Assembly: GCA_964640665.1 (NCBI GenBank)
Contig: CAZXHT010000002.1
Coordinates: 105,170 to 169,169 of the forward strand
DNA length: 64,000 bases
Reading direction: 5' to 3'
Origin: an uncultured Myxococcales bacterium
GTDB taxonomy: Bacteria; Myxococcota; B64-G9
The position numbers and the translations under genes are program-made. Of the stretch, positions 54,606 to 64,000 are shown piece after piece. The notes under the pieces are model-generated. The model made no database searches, was not told the origin of the DNA, and saw only the letters and a program-made list of their open reading frames with translations. How positions within the stretch are numbered: position 1 is the first letter of the stretch; each line of letters begins with the position of its first letter.

Positions 54606-54797
54606 TCATTCGGCCGTCTGTTCCTGGAATTTCTCGCGGATCTGCAGACGCCCGTTGGTGGGCAATGCATCCAGGTAGACGTTGAAAGATCCATCGCGAT
54701 TCGTGAAACATGCTCCCACCTTGACCCAGAAAGATTTCTCGAGTCCCTCACGCTCGACGATGGTGTACACCTGCAGCATCCTGGCACCCTCGGCCAT
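54606..54797 (-). CDS. Small hypothetical protein (63 aa)
   Basis: GGAGG RBS 7 nt upstream of the ATG at 54797; non-repetitive protein-like composition (MAEGARMLQVYTIVEREGLEKSFWVKVGACFTNRDGSFNVYLDALP...). Confidence 0.4.
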   Translation of the reverse strand: MAEGARMLQVYTIVEREGLEKSFWVKVGACFTNRDGSFNVYLDALPTNGRLQIREKFQEQTAE

Positions 54798-55146
54798 GGC
54801 TTGCCTCCTTTCAGAAATGGAGGATCTCGCTTTTCCCGGGACTGCGACCTTTCCTCCGGTCGCGCAAAAAACAAGCAATATGTGTGCCGTTGTGTGCAGG
54901 TGTAGGGGTTGACGGTGAAAACCCGTTTTTTACAAGTCGTTGCGAAGATCGAGGAAACCCGAGCCTGATGAGCAACAAGCGCTTCGGAGCCGGGGGGTGT
55001 CCGATTTCCGGACACCCCCTGCCAGAGCCGACGTAGGGACAGAGATTCCCAATCTCATTTTTTATTAATAAGTGGGGTGCATTAATATTGAGGATGATCT
55101 AGCATCCAGGAAATATACAGTGCATCACTACCCACGGGAGAAATTC

Positions 55147-56358
55147 ATGAATCGAAAACTGACACCGCCGTTCTTTTTCCTTCTGTTGTTATCGTTCGCC
55201 ATCTCTGCGCCCGCGGTCAGGGCCGACGAAGAAAAGGATATCCCGCCGCCGTCGAGCTGGGAACCCGCCGGTGAAATTACCCCCCCGGCCCCGACCGCGG
55301 GCGCAGAGGCGGGACCGGCCGTGCCCAGTCCGATGTTCCAGTACGGCCAGTTCCAGATCAGCGCCAAGGGACGGGTACAGGTGATGGGTGGCCTGGTGGG
55401 CAAGGACGCCAACACCGGAAACGGCGACCTGCTCAGCCGGGACGGTTTTCGCATTCACCGGGCCCGCATGGGCCTGTATGGCCAGTTGATGAATGACTGG
55501 CACTACAGCCTGGAGCTTGCTCTAATCGACGAGTACTATGGCGGCAACAACCTGTTGGACGCCAACATCACCTGGAAACCCGCCGAATGGCTTTGGATCC
55601 GGGCTGGAGCCGGGAAGCCCGGTTTCAGCCGGGCGCTGATTACTTCTTCCGGCAGCCTGCAATTCATCGAGCGCCCCCTCTGGGTCAACCTGGAGCGAGC
55701 CACCCGGACAACCATGCTGGATCTCAATCGCCAGGTGGGGGTGGCGGTTGGCGGACGGCTGAGCATGTTTTTCTACGAGGCGGGTGTCTACAACGGCTCG
55801 CCCGGGGTGTCCAAGACCGACTTGAACGACGGCATGCTGTACCTGCTGCGCCTCGGCGTCGGACAGGGCGATATCGGCGAAAACGAGGCGGATTTTAAGC
55901 GAAATGGTTTTCGCTGGCGCCTGGCTCTCAACGGCTACATCAATCAGGACTCGGCGGCCGAATTCCGTGGCGCGGGCGTCGACACCTCGATCAAATACAA
56001 GGGTATCAGCTTTCACGCAGAAGCCCTGTGGGCCAAGCAAATTCCCAACGATCGGTCCCAGGACATCGTCATGGCACTGGATAAAGCGGAACGCTGGGGA
56101 ATGTACGCCCAGGCCGGCTACATGCTTCCGTTCGACTTCCTCGACCTGGAAGTAGCGGTGCGTTTCGAAATCATGGACGACTGGGTGGGAGCACTCCACG
56201 AGGACGAGGGTGACATTTGGGAGTTGACCGCCGGAGTGAGCGCTTACTTTAGCGAGAACCGGGCCAAGCTGATGGTCAACTACGTGCGCAGGGAGGAAAT
56301 GCACGGCACCGATCTGTCAAACGACATGCTGGCGGCCATGCTGCAACTCAAGTTTTGA
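55147..56358 (+). CDS. Outer-membrane porin-like beta-barrel protein (phosphate-selective porin O/P-like), tentative
   Basis: Signal peptide MNRKLTPPFFFLLLLSFAISAPAVRA, a long beta-strand-alternating region and C-terminal aromatic residue (...MLQLKF). Confidence 0.55.
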   Translation: MNRKLTPPFFFLLLLSFAISAPAVRADEEKDIPPPSSWEPAGEITPPAPTAGAEAGPAVPSPMFQYGQFQISAKGRVQVMGGLVGKDANTGNGDLLSRDGFRIHRARMGLYGQLMNDWHYSLELALIDEYYGGNNLLDANITWKPAEWLWIRAGAGKPGFSRALITSSGSLQFIERPLWVNLERATRTTMLDLNRQVGVAVGGRLSMFFYEAGVYNGSPGVSKTDLNDGMLYLLRLGVGQGDIGENEADFKRNGFRWRLALNGYINQDSAAEFRGAGVDTSIKYKGISFHAEALWAKQIPNDRSQDIVMALDKAERWGMYAQAGYMLPFDFLDLEVAVRFEIMDDWVGALHEDEGDIWELTAGVSAYFSENRAKLMVNYVRREEMHGTDLSNDMLAAMLQLKF

Positions 56359-56392
56359 TACCGCGGTTTTTTCGGGGCGGTGCTGAAATGTT

Positions 56393-59300
56393 TTGAAAGA
56401 AAGAAGGTGTGTCATGAAGAGGGCGATTGAATCGGTATTGATAATGGCGTCGTCGACACTGCTGTTATTGGCGACCGGGTGCAACGACTTCGAGCAATTT
56501 GCCGGTGCATATCAGATTACCGATCGGGTTCAACTCATCGGCGGCAGCTCCGCCCTGGCGGATCTGGATGATTTCATCATAGAAAATGACAAGATTCGCC
56601 TGGCTATCCCCGAGAGAGGCAACAGCACCGGTCCCGGCGTGTTCGGCGGAAGCTTGCTGGATGCCGACCGTCAACGTTACGATGTCGCGCACCGTGGCGG
56701 CCGGGGACTCGACCAGTTCACCGAGATGTTTCCCATCGGCAACCTGACAATCCCCTCCATCTGCCTGAAGACTCCCGACAAGGAAGACAGTTTCTGCGAG
56801 TTGCCCAGGGGCGCGGTCCGTCCCAGCATTCGTGTGTTATGCGATGGACGGCGACCTTGTCTTACTTGCAGCGGTGACGACGACTGCAAAGAGAAAAATG
56901 CCCAGATCGATCTGAGCCTGCCGGCCAACGCAGACTACGCCGATAGCGAAGATCCCACCAAGCCCGGGCCGGAGGCTCCCGGCGAGGGAGCAGCTATCAT
57001 CCGCACGGAGGGCCAGGCCGGTAATTACCTGGAAGCATTGGGGCTCATGAGCCTCGTTAAGGTCAAGTTGAACTTCCGCTTCCGTAACGATTTCATTCTC
57101 GAACCGGGCGTCGACTACGTGCGCATCAGGACCATGTTGACCGAAGTCAGCTCGACGGACGGCGGCATTCTCAATAAGAACGGCGAGGTTCGTAAGTTGC
57201 CGCCGCTGACCGGGGTGCAGCCATTGTTCGGATTGCTGCTCGGCAGCGGCGAGTACACATCGGATTTTCCCGACATTCTGCCGGGTGCCAAGCCCGGTGT
57301 GGCCGGGGGTGATTTCCTGTTCTTCGGCGACCGGATGAAATTGTTCGCCCCGGGCATCGGCTTCGATATTTACAGGAACATGCGCGAGAAGTTCGCCGTG
57401 GGCATGGACCTGCTCAACAACCCGGTGGCCGCCGACTTTCTTGTCGCCGTCGGCCAGAACGTCTCTTATGCCATCGCATCGCCAGAACCTGGCGGCAAGT
57501 ACTTGCTGCCCATTTTCTCGGGGGCGGTCACGGCCGGGTTCTCCCATGGTGCCCATTGCTACGACGGTCCTTGCCCGGGCACGCCCGAGCAGTGCGCCAA
57601 CGTCCTGGATTGCACACAGGTTCGCAGCTACGTGTACGAGCGAATCTTCGCGGTCGGCGAGGGCGACGTGGCCTCGGCGACCCAGTCCATATACAAAGTG
57701 CGTGGCGTGGTCACCGGCCGTGTAAGCGGTCACGTGCTCGATGCCAGGAGCGGCAAGCCCGTTACCCTCGCCGGGGTGCACGTGTATCCCGTGCCCGAAA
57801 ACATGGCCGAGTGCCGTCGCGGCGGCAACCCTGACACACCCTACACGGGGGGCGCCGAGGGCTTCATCAAAACCTGCCTGGAGCCGCGCCACTTCGCCTG
57901 GGCCATAAACCACATGCGCACCGACCGCAGGGCCACCGACCTTCCGGAAGGGTATTTCGAGGGAGCGGTGCCCGTCGGCAAATATTACTTGTTGGCGAAG
58001 AAGAAGTTCCGGTCGATGAGCCGGATAGTACCCGTAGAGGTGCGAGCCGACGAGACGACACAGGCAAGCCTGGCCCTGCCGCCGCCCGCCCGCCTGGCTT
58101 TCGACGTGCGCGACCAGTCAAATCAGCACCTGCCCTCCAAGATAACCATCGGCCAGTGCTTGCCAAATTGCTCCGGTCGATACGTCGCCGTGTGTCAAGA
58201 TGACTTTGATTGCGAATCCGGCAAGTGTATCGAAGACGCGGCCGGCACCAGGCGTTGCCTGGTGGACAACTGTTCGGCGAAGCGCGCCTGCAACCTGGAG
58301 AATATGCGCTGCGAGTTGCGCGAGGCGTGTGCCGCAGACGGTGACTGCGAATCCGCCGAACGCTGCATGGCCGGCCGTTGCGTTTGCGAGCCGACTTACA
58401 TGCGCCTGGCCGCCCTGGGCGAAGGCACCTTCCCGCTCGGCATCGGACGCTACACATATACAGGCAAGGGACAGGGCGAGGTCGAGGTCGAGCCCGGAAG
58501 CTGGGAAGCCTGGGCCAGTCGGGGTTTCGAGTACAGCGTGGACAAACAGCAGTTCGAGGCCCTCGGCGGACACAAGAACCTGCTCTCTTTCAGGATCAAT
58601 CGCGTGGTGGACACGTCCGGTTGGATATCGAGCGACTTTCATGTGCATGGGCAGAATTCCTACGACGGTATAACCCCGCACAAGGACAGGGTGACATGCT
58701 TCGCCGGGGAAGGGGTGGAAATGTTGTCCACGTCGGATCACGACTGGATCACCAATTTGTATCCCTGGGTATTAAAGCTGGGGATGGAGAAATGGGTTAA
58801 CACTCAGATCGGCCTCGAGTTGACCACGGTGGAAATAGGTCACTGGCTCGCTTTCCCGCTGAAGTACGCGGAGTGGCGCGATGGAGATCGCCTGCAGGAG
58901 CAGGGCGCCGTCGACTGGACCGGCAAGTTGCCCGACAGGCTGGAAGACGAGCTGCGCGGGCTTGGCCTGTATGGTTCCGAGGACACCGTGGTGATCGTGG
59001 CGCATCCTCGCGACTACTTCTTCGGGTACTTTTACCAATTCGGCCTCGACTCCTACAATGTCCACAACGTCAAGGGCAACCCGTTCGAGAGCCTCATACC
59101 CGGTCTTGGGAACCCGCTGGCCGATCCGAAAGAGTTCAGCGGCAGATTCGACGGGCTGGAGCTGTTCAACTCCAAGCGCTACGAATTGATCCGTACGCCC
59201 ATGACCGGCGAGATCCGCGCCTACAGTAACGAGCGGGCCGCGGTTCAGTCCGCCGCCAGGCAAGGCGTGACCCCGGAGGTCATCGAACGCAACTTGATTG

Positions 59301-60451
59301 CCCTGGGCCGCAAGCACATCAAGGACATCCTGCGCAGGACGCCGGCCGAGCAGGATGCCATTTGGGAAAGCGATGGGTCGCAGGGCTGCGACGTGTTGAC
59401 GTTCTGCGCCGGTGATGATGACTGCGAGGGCGATGAGCTGTGCGACCAGACGGGCTCTGCCTGTTACTTGCCGTGTGGGAGTCCCGACTGCCACGAAGCA
59501 TGCGTTGACGGTAAGTGCGATAAAAACATGACGCCCGTGGGACAACCGTGCACCAACTACGACGGAGCGGTCGACGACTGGTTCCGGCTTATCGATGCCG
59601 GAGTGGTGCGCGTCGGCATCGGCAACTCGGATTCGCACCAGTTGTTCACCCAGACCGAGGGCGGCCTGCCGCACAACTTCGTCCGCATGAACGCGGAGAG
59701 TCCCAAGGGTATCGATCAACTGGAGCTGGCCCGTGCCGTCAAGGGAGGCCGCGTCGTGGCTTCTTACGGGCCGTTCATAGAGGCCTGGCTGGGCGATGCC
59801 GCGATCGGAGACACTTTCTCGATGACGGGCAGTCAGGAGACCGTTCCACTGCGGATACGCGTGCAGTCGCCGAGCTGGTTCGACGTGGACCGGGTGGAGG
59901 TGTATCGCTCGGGCCGGCTTGCCCACGTGTTCACGGGTCAGGGTGACGAGCTCAACCCCGACAGCCGGGTCGATACCTCGGGCCTGCGCCTTCCCAACAA
60001 GGGTGTCGTCAACCTGGATGTCACAATTGAAGAGCAAAAAGGAGAACGGGACGACTGGTTCGTGGTCATCGCCATGGGGCTGGACGGCAGGAACCTGAGC
60101 CCGGTTTACGCCGAGCATCCCTACCTCAAGCTGTTGATCGGAGACATTTTAAGCAGGTCGTTCGGCAGCCTGGCCAGCCTGTTCCCGATATCGGGCGCAT
60201 CCATCCCGCGGGTGTTCAAGATCTATCCCTACGCGGTGGCCAACCCGGTGTTTCTCGACATCGACGGTAACGGCGTCTACGATGCCCCGGGCGAGAAGCC
60301 GGAATGGGCCGAGGGCGGCGCCAGCTTCCGCGGCAAGTCCTCGGCGCTCAGTTCCAGTGATCTGACGACCGATCCGCAGATCTGGCGCGCCAGGCAAACG
60401 CAGTACTTCTTGAGCCTGATCTACAGGGTGTTGCGGTGGGGTGAGGACTAG
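56393..60451 (+). CDS. 1352-aa lipoprotein with Cys-rich modules and a PHP-type (polymerase/histidinol-phosphatase) metal-dependent phosphoesterase domain
   Basis: Lipoprotein signal (LLLLATGC). Cys-rich modules (CQDDFDCESGKCIED..., CAGDDDCEGDELCDQ...). PHP motifs DFHVHGQNSYDGI, LSTSDHDW, IGNSDSHQ. Confidence 0.7.
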   Translation: MKERRCVMKRAIESVLIMASSTLLLLATGCNDFEQFAGAYQITDRVQLIGGSSALADLDDFIIENDKIRLAIPERGNSTGPGVFGGSLLDADRQRYDVAHRGGRGLDQFTEMFPIGNLTIPSICLKTPDKEDSFCELPRGAVRPSIRVLCDGRRPCLTCSGDDDCKEKNAQIDLSLPANADYADSEDPTKPGPEAPGEGAAIIRTEGQAGNYLEALGLMSLVKVKLNFRFRNDFILEPGVDYVRIRTMLTEVSSTDGGILNKNGEVRKLPPLTGVQPLFGLLLGSGEYTSDFPDILPGAKPGVAGGDFLFFGDRMKLFAPGIGFDIYRNMREKFAVGMDLLNNPVAADFLVAVGQNVSYAIASPEPGGKYLLPIFSGAVTAGFSHGAHCYDGPCPGTPEQCANVLDCTQVRSYVYERIFAVGEGDVASATQSIYKVRGVVTGRVSGHVLDARSGKPVTLAGVHVYPVPENMAECRRGGNPDTPYTGGAEGFIKTCLEPRHFAWAINHMRTDRRATDLPEGYFEGAVPVGKYYLLAKKKFRSMSRIVPVEVRADETTQASLALPPPARLAFDVRDQSNQHLPSKITIGQCLPNCSGRYVAVCQDDFDCESGKCIEDAAGTRRCLVDNCSAKRACNLENMRCELREACAADGDCESAERCMAGRCVCEPTYMRLAALGEGTFPLGIGRYTYTGKGQGEVEVEPGSWEAWASRGFEYSVDKQQFEALGGHKNLLSFRINRVVDTSGWISSDFHVHGQNSYDGITPHKDRVTCFAGEGVEMLSTSDHDWITNLYPWVLKLGMEKWVNTQIGLELTTVEIGHWLAFPLKYAEWRDGDRLQEQGAVDWTGKLPDRLEDELRGLGLYGSEDTVVIVAHPRDYFFGYFYQFGLDSYNVHNVKGNPFESLIPGLGNPLADPKEFSGRFDGLELFNSKRYELIRTPMTGEIRAYSNERAAVQSAARQGVTPEVIERNLIALGRKHIKDILRRTPAEQDAIWESDGSQGCDVLTFCAGDDDCEGDELCDQTGSACYLPCGSPDCHEACVDGKCDKNMTPVGQPCTNYDGAVDDWFRLIDAGVVRVGIGNSDSHQLFTQTEGGLPHNFVRMNAESPKGIDQLELARAVKGGRVVASYGPFIEAWLGDAAIGDTFSMTGSQETVPLRIRVQSPSWFDVDRVEVYRSGRLAHVFTGQGDELNPDSRVDTSGLRLPNKGVVNLDVTIEEQKGERDDWFVVIAMGLDGRNLSPVYAEHPYLKLLIGDILSRSFGSLASLFPISGASIPRVFKIYPYAVANPVFLDIDGNGVYDAPGEKPEWAEGGASFRGKSSALSSSDLTTDPQIWRARQTQYFLSLIYRVLRWGED

Positions 60452-60565
60452 AAATAGGTACTAGTCCACGCACGAGGATCCCCCAGTCCCAGACGGGGAA
60501 AAATGAGCGCGGCAGGTTTACAATTGCTTGGTAATCCCGGAATGAAATTGAATTGGAGGGACGAA

Positions 60566-62443
60566 ATGAAAAACTCGTTAACTAGCTGTTTGCTCTTTGG
60601 GCTGGCGGTGTTCGCTTTGACGGCGGGTATGCCCCGTGCGCGGGCTCAGGTGTGCAACGTCCTGGTGGGAGAGGAGGTAAACCTCTACCACGGAAGCGTC
60701 ATTACGATTAGGACCGCCCGGGACGTGAAGAACGACCAGCCCGCCGTCTTGTGGTTCGACAAGGAAACCAACCAGGTGTTTTACAAGCTGCACAGCGGGC
60801 CGGGAGACCAGGACTGGGGAGACGCCGTGCTGGTCGAGAAGGGCAACATCTTCATCTCGCCCGCGTACGACCTGCGGGGCTATCGCATGATCGATCTGGC
60901 CTTCGATTCGGCTGGCGAACCGCACGTTTTCCTGGTCGGCACGGCCAACGAGCAGAGCGACGACATGAAGTTGTTCTACACTCACCAGGTCGGAAACGCC
61001 GGCTGGACCGAACCGGAAATCATCGCCGACATGCCGGATCTGACCCAGTATCCCCATTCAGAACCGTTCATCTTCGCCGAGTTCGACAGCCTCGGCCGAC
61101 TGCACGTCGTGTATTACTGCTACTCGGTCAGCGGTGATGTGTACGCCCTGTATCGCGAGGATTGCGCTTGGCGGGCGCCCGTGAACGTAATGTCCGGCGC
61201 CGCGGGGCTCGACGTGGCCATCGGACCGGACGACCGGATTCACATCGTCACCATCAAGGGTGGCGGGAACCAGCACCAAGCCTATTACAAGCGCAGCAGA
61301 ACCGACGGAAGCTGGCCGTCGGGCAACGGCACGCAGATCACCCAGGAGAATCCGATCGTCTGCATGGCGGGTCCGGTCGCCTGCTGGCCCTCGGTGGCCA
61401 CGGATCGAACCGGTAAAGCCCACGTCGCCTACGGCGTCGACCCGGATCCGTGCTGCGAGGAGGCGCTGTCGGATCCAACCGAGGACTGTGTCTGGGGTGG
61501 GGAACCGGATCCCGAGCCCACCTGGATTCGCGAGGGAGGTCACGTCTCGTACATGGCCCGGCAAGGGGCCAACTGGACCCAACCGGCCGATATCGTGCTC
61601 GATGGGACCGCCCTGCACGGACCGTACCCATTCATGCTGCTCGACGGTACCGGCATGAAGTACATCATCGTTACCAATCGCAAGAAGCAATTCGCCTACG
61701 CTCCAGCGACGCAGACCTTCGAGGGCAATGTCAAGAACTGGCGCGGCGGGAGGAGTGACTGGTACCACGTCGACGCGGTGGCGACCGGTGACGGCGCCTG
61801 GGTTGCCTATCGCGACGGAACCAACGTAAACACCAAGCACCTGGCGCGAACGGCCGGCTGCGGCGATGAGGAGTGCGAGGAGGGCTTCGGTCGCGCCTGC
61901 GGCCTGTGCGGGGTGCAGCAATGCGGCGCCGACAGCCACTGGGGCGCCTGCACGGGCGAGGGTCCGTGCTATCCGGAAACAACCGAGGCCTGCGGCGCGG
62001 CCGGAACTCGGACCTGCGAATGTGATTGCCAGTGGGGCCCGTGTCTGAACGACACGGACGGCGGCGTGCCCGACGGCGGCCAGCCTGACGCGGGACAACC
62101 GGATGCGGGACAGCCGGATGCGGGCCAGCCGGATGCGGGGCAACCTGACGCGGGACAGCCGGACGCGGGCCAGCCGGATGCGGGGCAACCTGACGCGGGA
62201 CAGCCGGACGCGGGCCAACCGGATGCGGGACAGCCTGACGCGGGACAACCGGATGCGGGACAGCCTGACGCGGGACAACCTGACGCTGGTCAGACGGACG
62301 CGGGCGAGAACGGGGACCCGGGCACCACGGGATCCGATGGATGCGGCTGCGGCCGGCATGGAAAACAGGCAACGCCTGCGTGGTTGGTTATTTTGTTCCT
62401 GATGATTTCACTGTTGGTTACCAATAGAGGGAGGGAATCATGA
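60566..62443 (+). CDS. Secreted protein with a C-terminal Cys-rich region, 14 tandem GQPDA pentapeptide repeats and a MYXO-CTERM-like sorting tail
   Basis: Signal peptide MKNSLTSCLLFGLAVFALTAGMPRARAQ. The (GQPDA)n tract is followed by GSDGCGCGRHG...AWLVILFLMISLLVTNRGRES. Start at the Met preceding the signal peptide. Confidence 0.7.
   Translation: MKNSLTSCLLFGLAVFALTAGMPRARAQVCNVLVGEEVNLYHGSVITIRTARDVKNDQPAVLWFDKETNQVFYKLHSGPGDQDWGDAVLVEKGNIFISPAYDLRGYRMIDLAFDSAGEPHVFLVGTANEQSDDMKLFYTHQVGNAGWTEPEIIADMPDLTQYPHSEPFIFAEFDSLGRLHVVYYCYSVSGDVYALYREDCAWRAPVNVMSGAAGLDVAIGPDDRIHIVTIKGGGNQHQAYYKRSRTDGSWPSGNGTQITQENPIVCMAGPVACWPSVATDRTGKAHVAYGVDPDPCCEEALSDPTEDCVWGGEPDPEPTWIREGGHVSYMARQGANWTQPADIVLDGTALHGPYPFMLLDGTGMKYIIVTNRKKQFAYAPATQTFEGNVKNWRGGRSDWYHVDAVATGDGAWVAYRDGTNVNTKHLARTAGCGDEECEEGFGRACGLCGVQQCGADSHWGACTGEGPCYPETTEACGAAGTRTCECDCQWGPCLNDTDGGVPDGGQPDAGQPDAGQPDAGQPDAGQPDAGQPDAGQPDAGQPDAGQPDAGQPDAGQPDAGQPDAGQPDAGQPDAGQTDAGENGDPGTTGSDGCGCGRHGKQATPAWLVILFLMISLLVTNRGRES
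62074..62304 (+). repeat. Tandem 15-bp coding repeat (ggacagccggatgcg and variants, ~15 copies) encoding (GQPDA)n
   Basis: Directly visible in the sequence 62074-62304; copies differ only at synonymous or conservative positions (ccg/cct, gat/gac, caa/cag). Confidence 0.9.
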
Positions 62444-63273
62444 AAGTTGCAAGGCTTGTGTCTGTTCTTTTGCCGGTTCTGATCCTGTCTGGATGCGGCG
62501 GGGGATCGCCGGGCGACCTGGGGCGATTCGGCGTCGCCCTGCTTGACGGCATGCAGGATTCATACGGTCAACAGTCTCAGGCTCTTGAGACCAGCGATGC
62601 GGCCTACGATCTTGGCGCGATCCGTGCGAGCAATGACTACTATTTCCTGCTGTCGAACGTCGGAATGTCCGCCATCACCGAAATCACCATCGAGCCCTCC
62701 AACTCTGCCTTCAACGTGACTCCCGAGACGATCGACATTCTGGATCCGCAACCGGGCCTGGGAATACTCCCGATCATTCGTGTCGGAGTCGGTCATGGAA
62801 CACCTTCCGACGGCGTGGGGCTTGCAGAGCTGCTGCCCGTGGGAACGAATGAAGCGAATGTAGTTTTCTCCGGAACCTCGGAAGGCGAGGGAGTATCCCT
62901 CAACATGCACCTCACTCTGGACGCCAAGGTGATGGACATCGAGTTGATGAACGGGAGCGTAGTCGTCGACTTGACGGGCGCCTACGGCGGCACCAGCACG
63001 AACCTGGGAGGTCTAGGGTTCGCCCGTTTGTACTTCGGCGTGACCGACCCGAAGATCAAGAACATTGGAAACGTGGATATCGACGTAACCTACTACGACG
63101 ACGAAACGCCGCTCGGAAGCACGACACTTAGCCCCAACGCGACGTCAGATGTAACGGTAGCCGCCGGATCGAGCAGTATTATAATCCGGCTCTGCAGCAA
63201 TACGGTGACAGACATGGAGCGCTTGCAACTCGGCAACGACGGATGTGCGTATCTGGCGGTGACAGACAATTAG
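62440..63273 (+). CDS. Hypothetical lipoprotein
   Basis: Lipoprotein signal MKVARLVSVLLPVLILSGC; 4-bp overlap (ATGA) with the upstream repeat-protein gene; beta-rich, Gly/Thr-rich composition. Confidence 0.6.
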   Translation: MKVARLVSVLLPVLILSGCGGGSPGDLGRFGVALLDGMQDSYGQQSQALETSDAAYDLGAIRASNDYYFLLSNVGMSAITEITIEPSNSAFNVTPETIDILDPQPGLGILPIIRVGVGHGTPSDGVGLAELLPVGTNEANVVFSGTSEGEGVSLNMHLTLDAKVMDIELMNGSVVVDLTGAYGGTSTNLGGLGFARLYFGVTDPKIKNIGNVDIDVTYYDDETPLGSTTLSPNATSDVTVAAGSSSIIIRLCSNTVTDMERLQLGNDGCAYLAVTDN

Positions 63274-63384
63274 GTCTCATTTCGCCTTAGGAAGTGTGAG
63301 TTGAAGAGCTAAAGTACTGACTCACCCTTGAGACGATACCGGAGGTTTTGCCAGGCCGCCATCTCGGATTTGGTTACCCGTCTA

Positions 63385-63840
63385 TCAGCCTTGGTAACTG
63401 CAACGAAGAGATCCTTCGACAGGCGCCCAGCCGTCCGGGCAGTTGCCGTCCGCCTGGCACCATTCCTGGTAGCAGTAACGTCCGTTGCATCGCGACGTCT
63501 CAGCACACTCTGTATCGTCGCTACAGGGTTCCGTGCAGAGTCCGTCAAGGCACTTCAAGTCCGAGTTCGATCCACAATCAAGATCAGTCATGCAGACGGA
63601 CGGTGCCATGCAACTTCCTTCGTACCAGCACATGCCTCCGTTGCAGTCCGCATCGACAATGCACTCGACGCATTTTCCCTTCAAGCCGCAACCGCCGGGC
63701 ATCAAGCCGACCGGACACTCGTCCTCACCGCCGTCCAAACCGCCGTCCAAACCGCTGTTACCGCTGCCGCAACCCGCTGAAGATACCAGCAGCACCGACA
63801 CGGCAATGCTCGTGCACAAAATCTTTACAGGCCATCGCAT
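63385..63840 (-). CDS. Small secreted Cys-rich lipoprotein, hypothetical
   Basis: Lipoprotein signal (VLLVSSAGC), then 24 cysteines in ~125 aa in CxxxC / DxDC spacing. Confidence 0.6.
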   Translation of the reverse strand: MRWPVKILCTSIAVSVLLVSSAGCGSGNSGLDGGLDGGEDECPVGLMPGGCGLKGKCVECIVDADCNGGMCWYEGSCMAPSVCMTDLDCGSNSDLKCLDGLCTEPCSDDTECAETSRCNGRYCYQEWCQADGNCPDGWAPVEGSLRCSYQG

Positions 63841-64000
63841 TCGACACCCCCTGCAGCTTGGCTCAGGTTTTCCCGATTGATATGAGGATACACCATAAGG
63901 TAGACGAAATAGAAGGGGGCAGTGCCGGCAGTAGTGCTGCCGGCAGTAGTGCCAGGCACTTCGGGTGGCACAGCCCCATCAGATTCTGCCTACTGGCCTT

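Noticed and set aside
54548-55015. 156-codon upstream extension of the ComEA-like ORF
   Set aside because: Arg/Cys/Ser-rich junk translation overlapping the small 54606-54797 gene in another frame. A strong AAGGAGA RBS sits in front of the internal Met that starts the ComEA signal peptide.
56330-56400. Possible terminator ccgcggttttttcggggcgg after the porin-like gene
   Set aside because: The stem is short and interrupted, and the T-run sits inside the putative loop rather than after the stem. Not convincing as an intrinsic terminator.
62074-62304. Possibility that the 15-bp tandem repeat array is a CRISPR or minisatellite locus
   Set aside because: The units are contiguous with no spacers, lie inside an intact reading frame encoding (GQPDA)n, and no cas genes are nearby. 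It is a coding tandem repeat.

Overview
High-GC (~63-66%), densely coding bacterial chromosome segment. Lineage markers point to a Myxococcota-like organism: two proteins end in MYXO-CTERM-type sorting tails (GCGC + hydrophobic helix + Arg), one carries Myxococcus-type Cys-rich and MopE-like DCDG repeats, and there are two PATAN/DUF4388 paralogs plus FG-GAP and PilZ proteins. About 50 protein genes are supported; no rRNA, tRNA, CRISPR array, transposase or integrase was recognised. Contents in order: (1) a HTH-MntA/HepT toxin-antitoxin pair; (2) a CUT1-type sugar ABC importer with two unusual architectures, a MalE-like binding protein fused to a MalF-like permease, and a MalG-like permease with a ~130-aa periplasmic insertion carrying a class-I cytochrome c signature (CFACH ... 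EWLADP ... PTGLM); (3) a small accessory cluster of AAA+ ATPase, VapB/VapC and DUF1848; (4) an acyl-CoA/acyl-phosphate cluster of OadG-like protein, butyrate-kinase/phosphotransacylase fusion, Acs-like synthetase, polytopic membrane protein and a 1410-aa double-activase/2-hydroxyacyl-CoA-dehydratase-like fusion; (5) a c-di-GMP/motility-type locus with FHA-GGDEF, three PilZ proteins, two PATAN-TPR paralogs, a GldA/F/G-like ABC-2 system with DUF4340, rpoZ, an M23 peptidase and a GH3 NagZ-like enzyme; (6) cell-surface proteins, including a 955-aa Cys-rich MYXO-CTERM protein, FG-GAP propeller, transglutaminase-like lipoprotein, porin-like barrels, a 1352-aa PHP-domain lipoprotein and a GQPDA-repeat MYXO-CTERM protein; (7) a Fe3+-siderophore/cobalamin-type ABC importer whose binding-protein, permease and ATPase genes are separated by inserted blocks. 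One inserted block is a visibly lower-GC ~3.6-kb island carrying an IetA/IetS-like pair (cytoplasmic AAA ATPase + S8 subtilase), a module type known as a plasmid addiction/antiphage system, and this is the strongest defence-system candidate in the window. The most novel-looking item is the cytochrome c-like insertion in the sugar permease.
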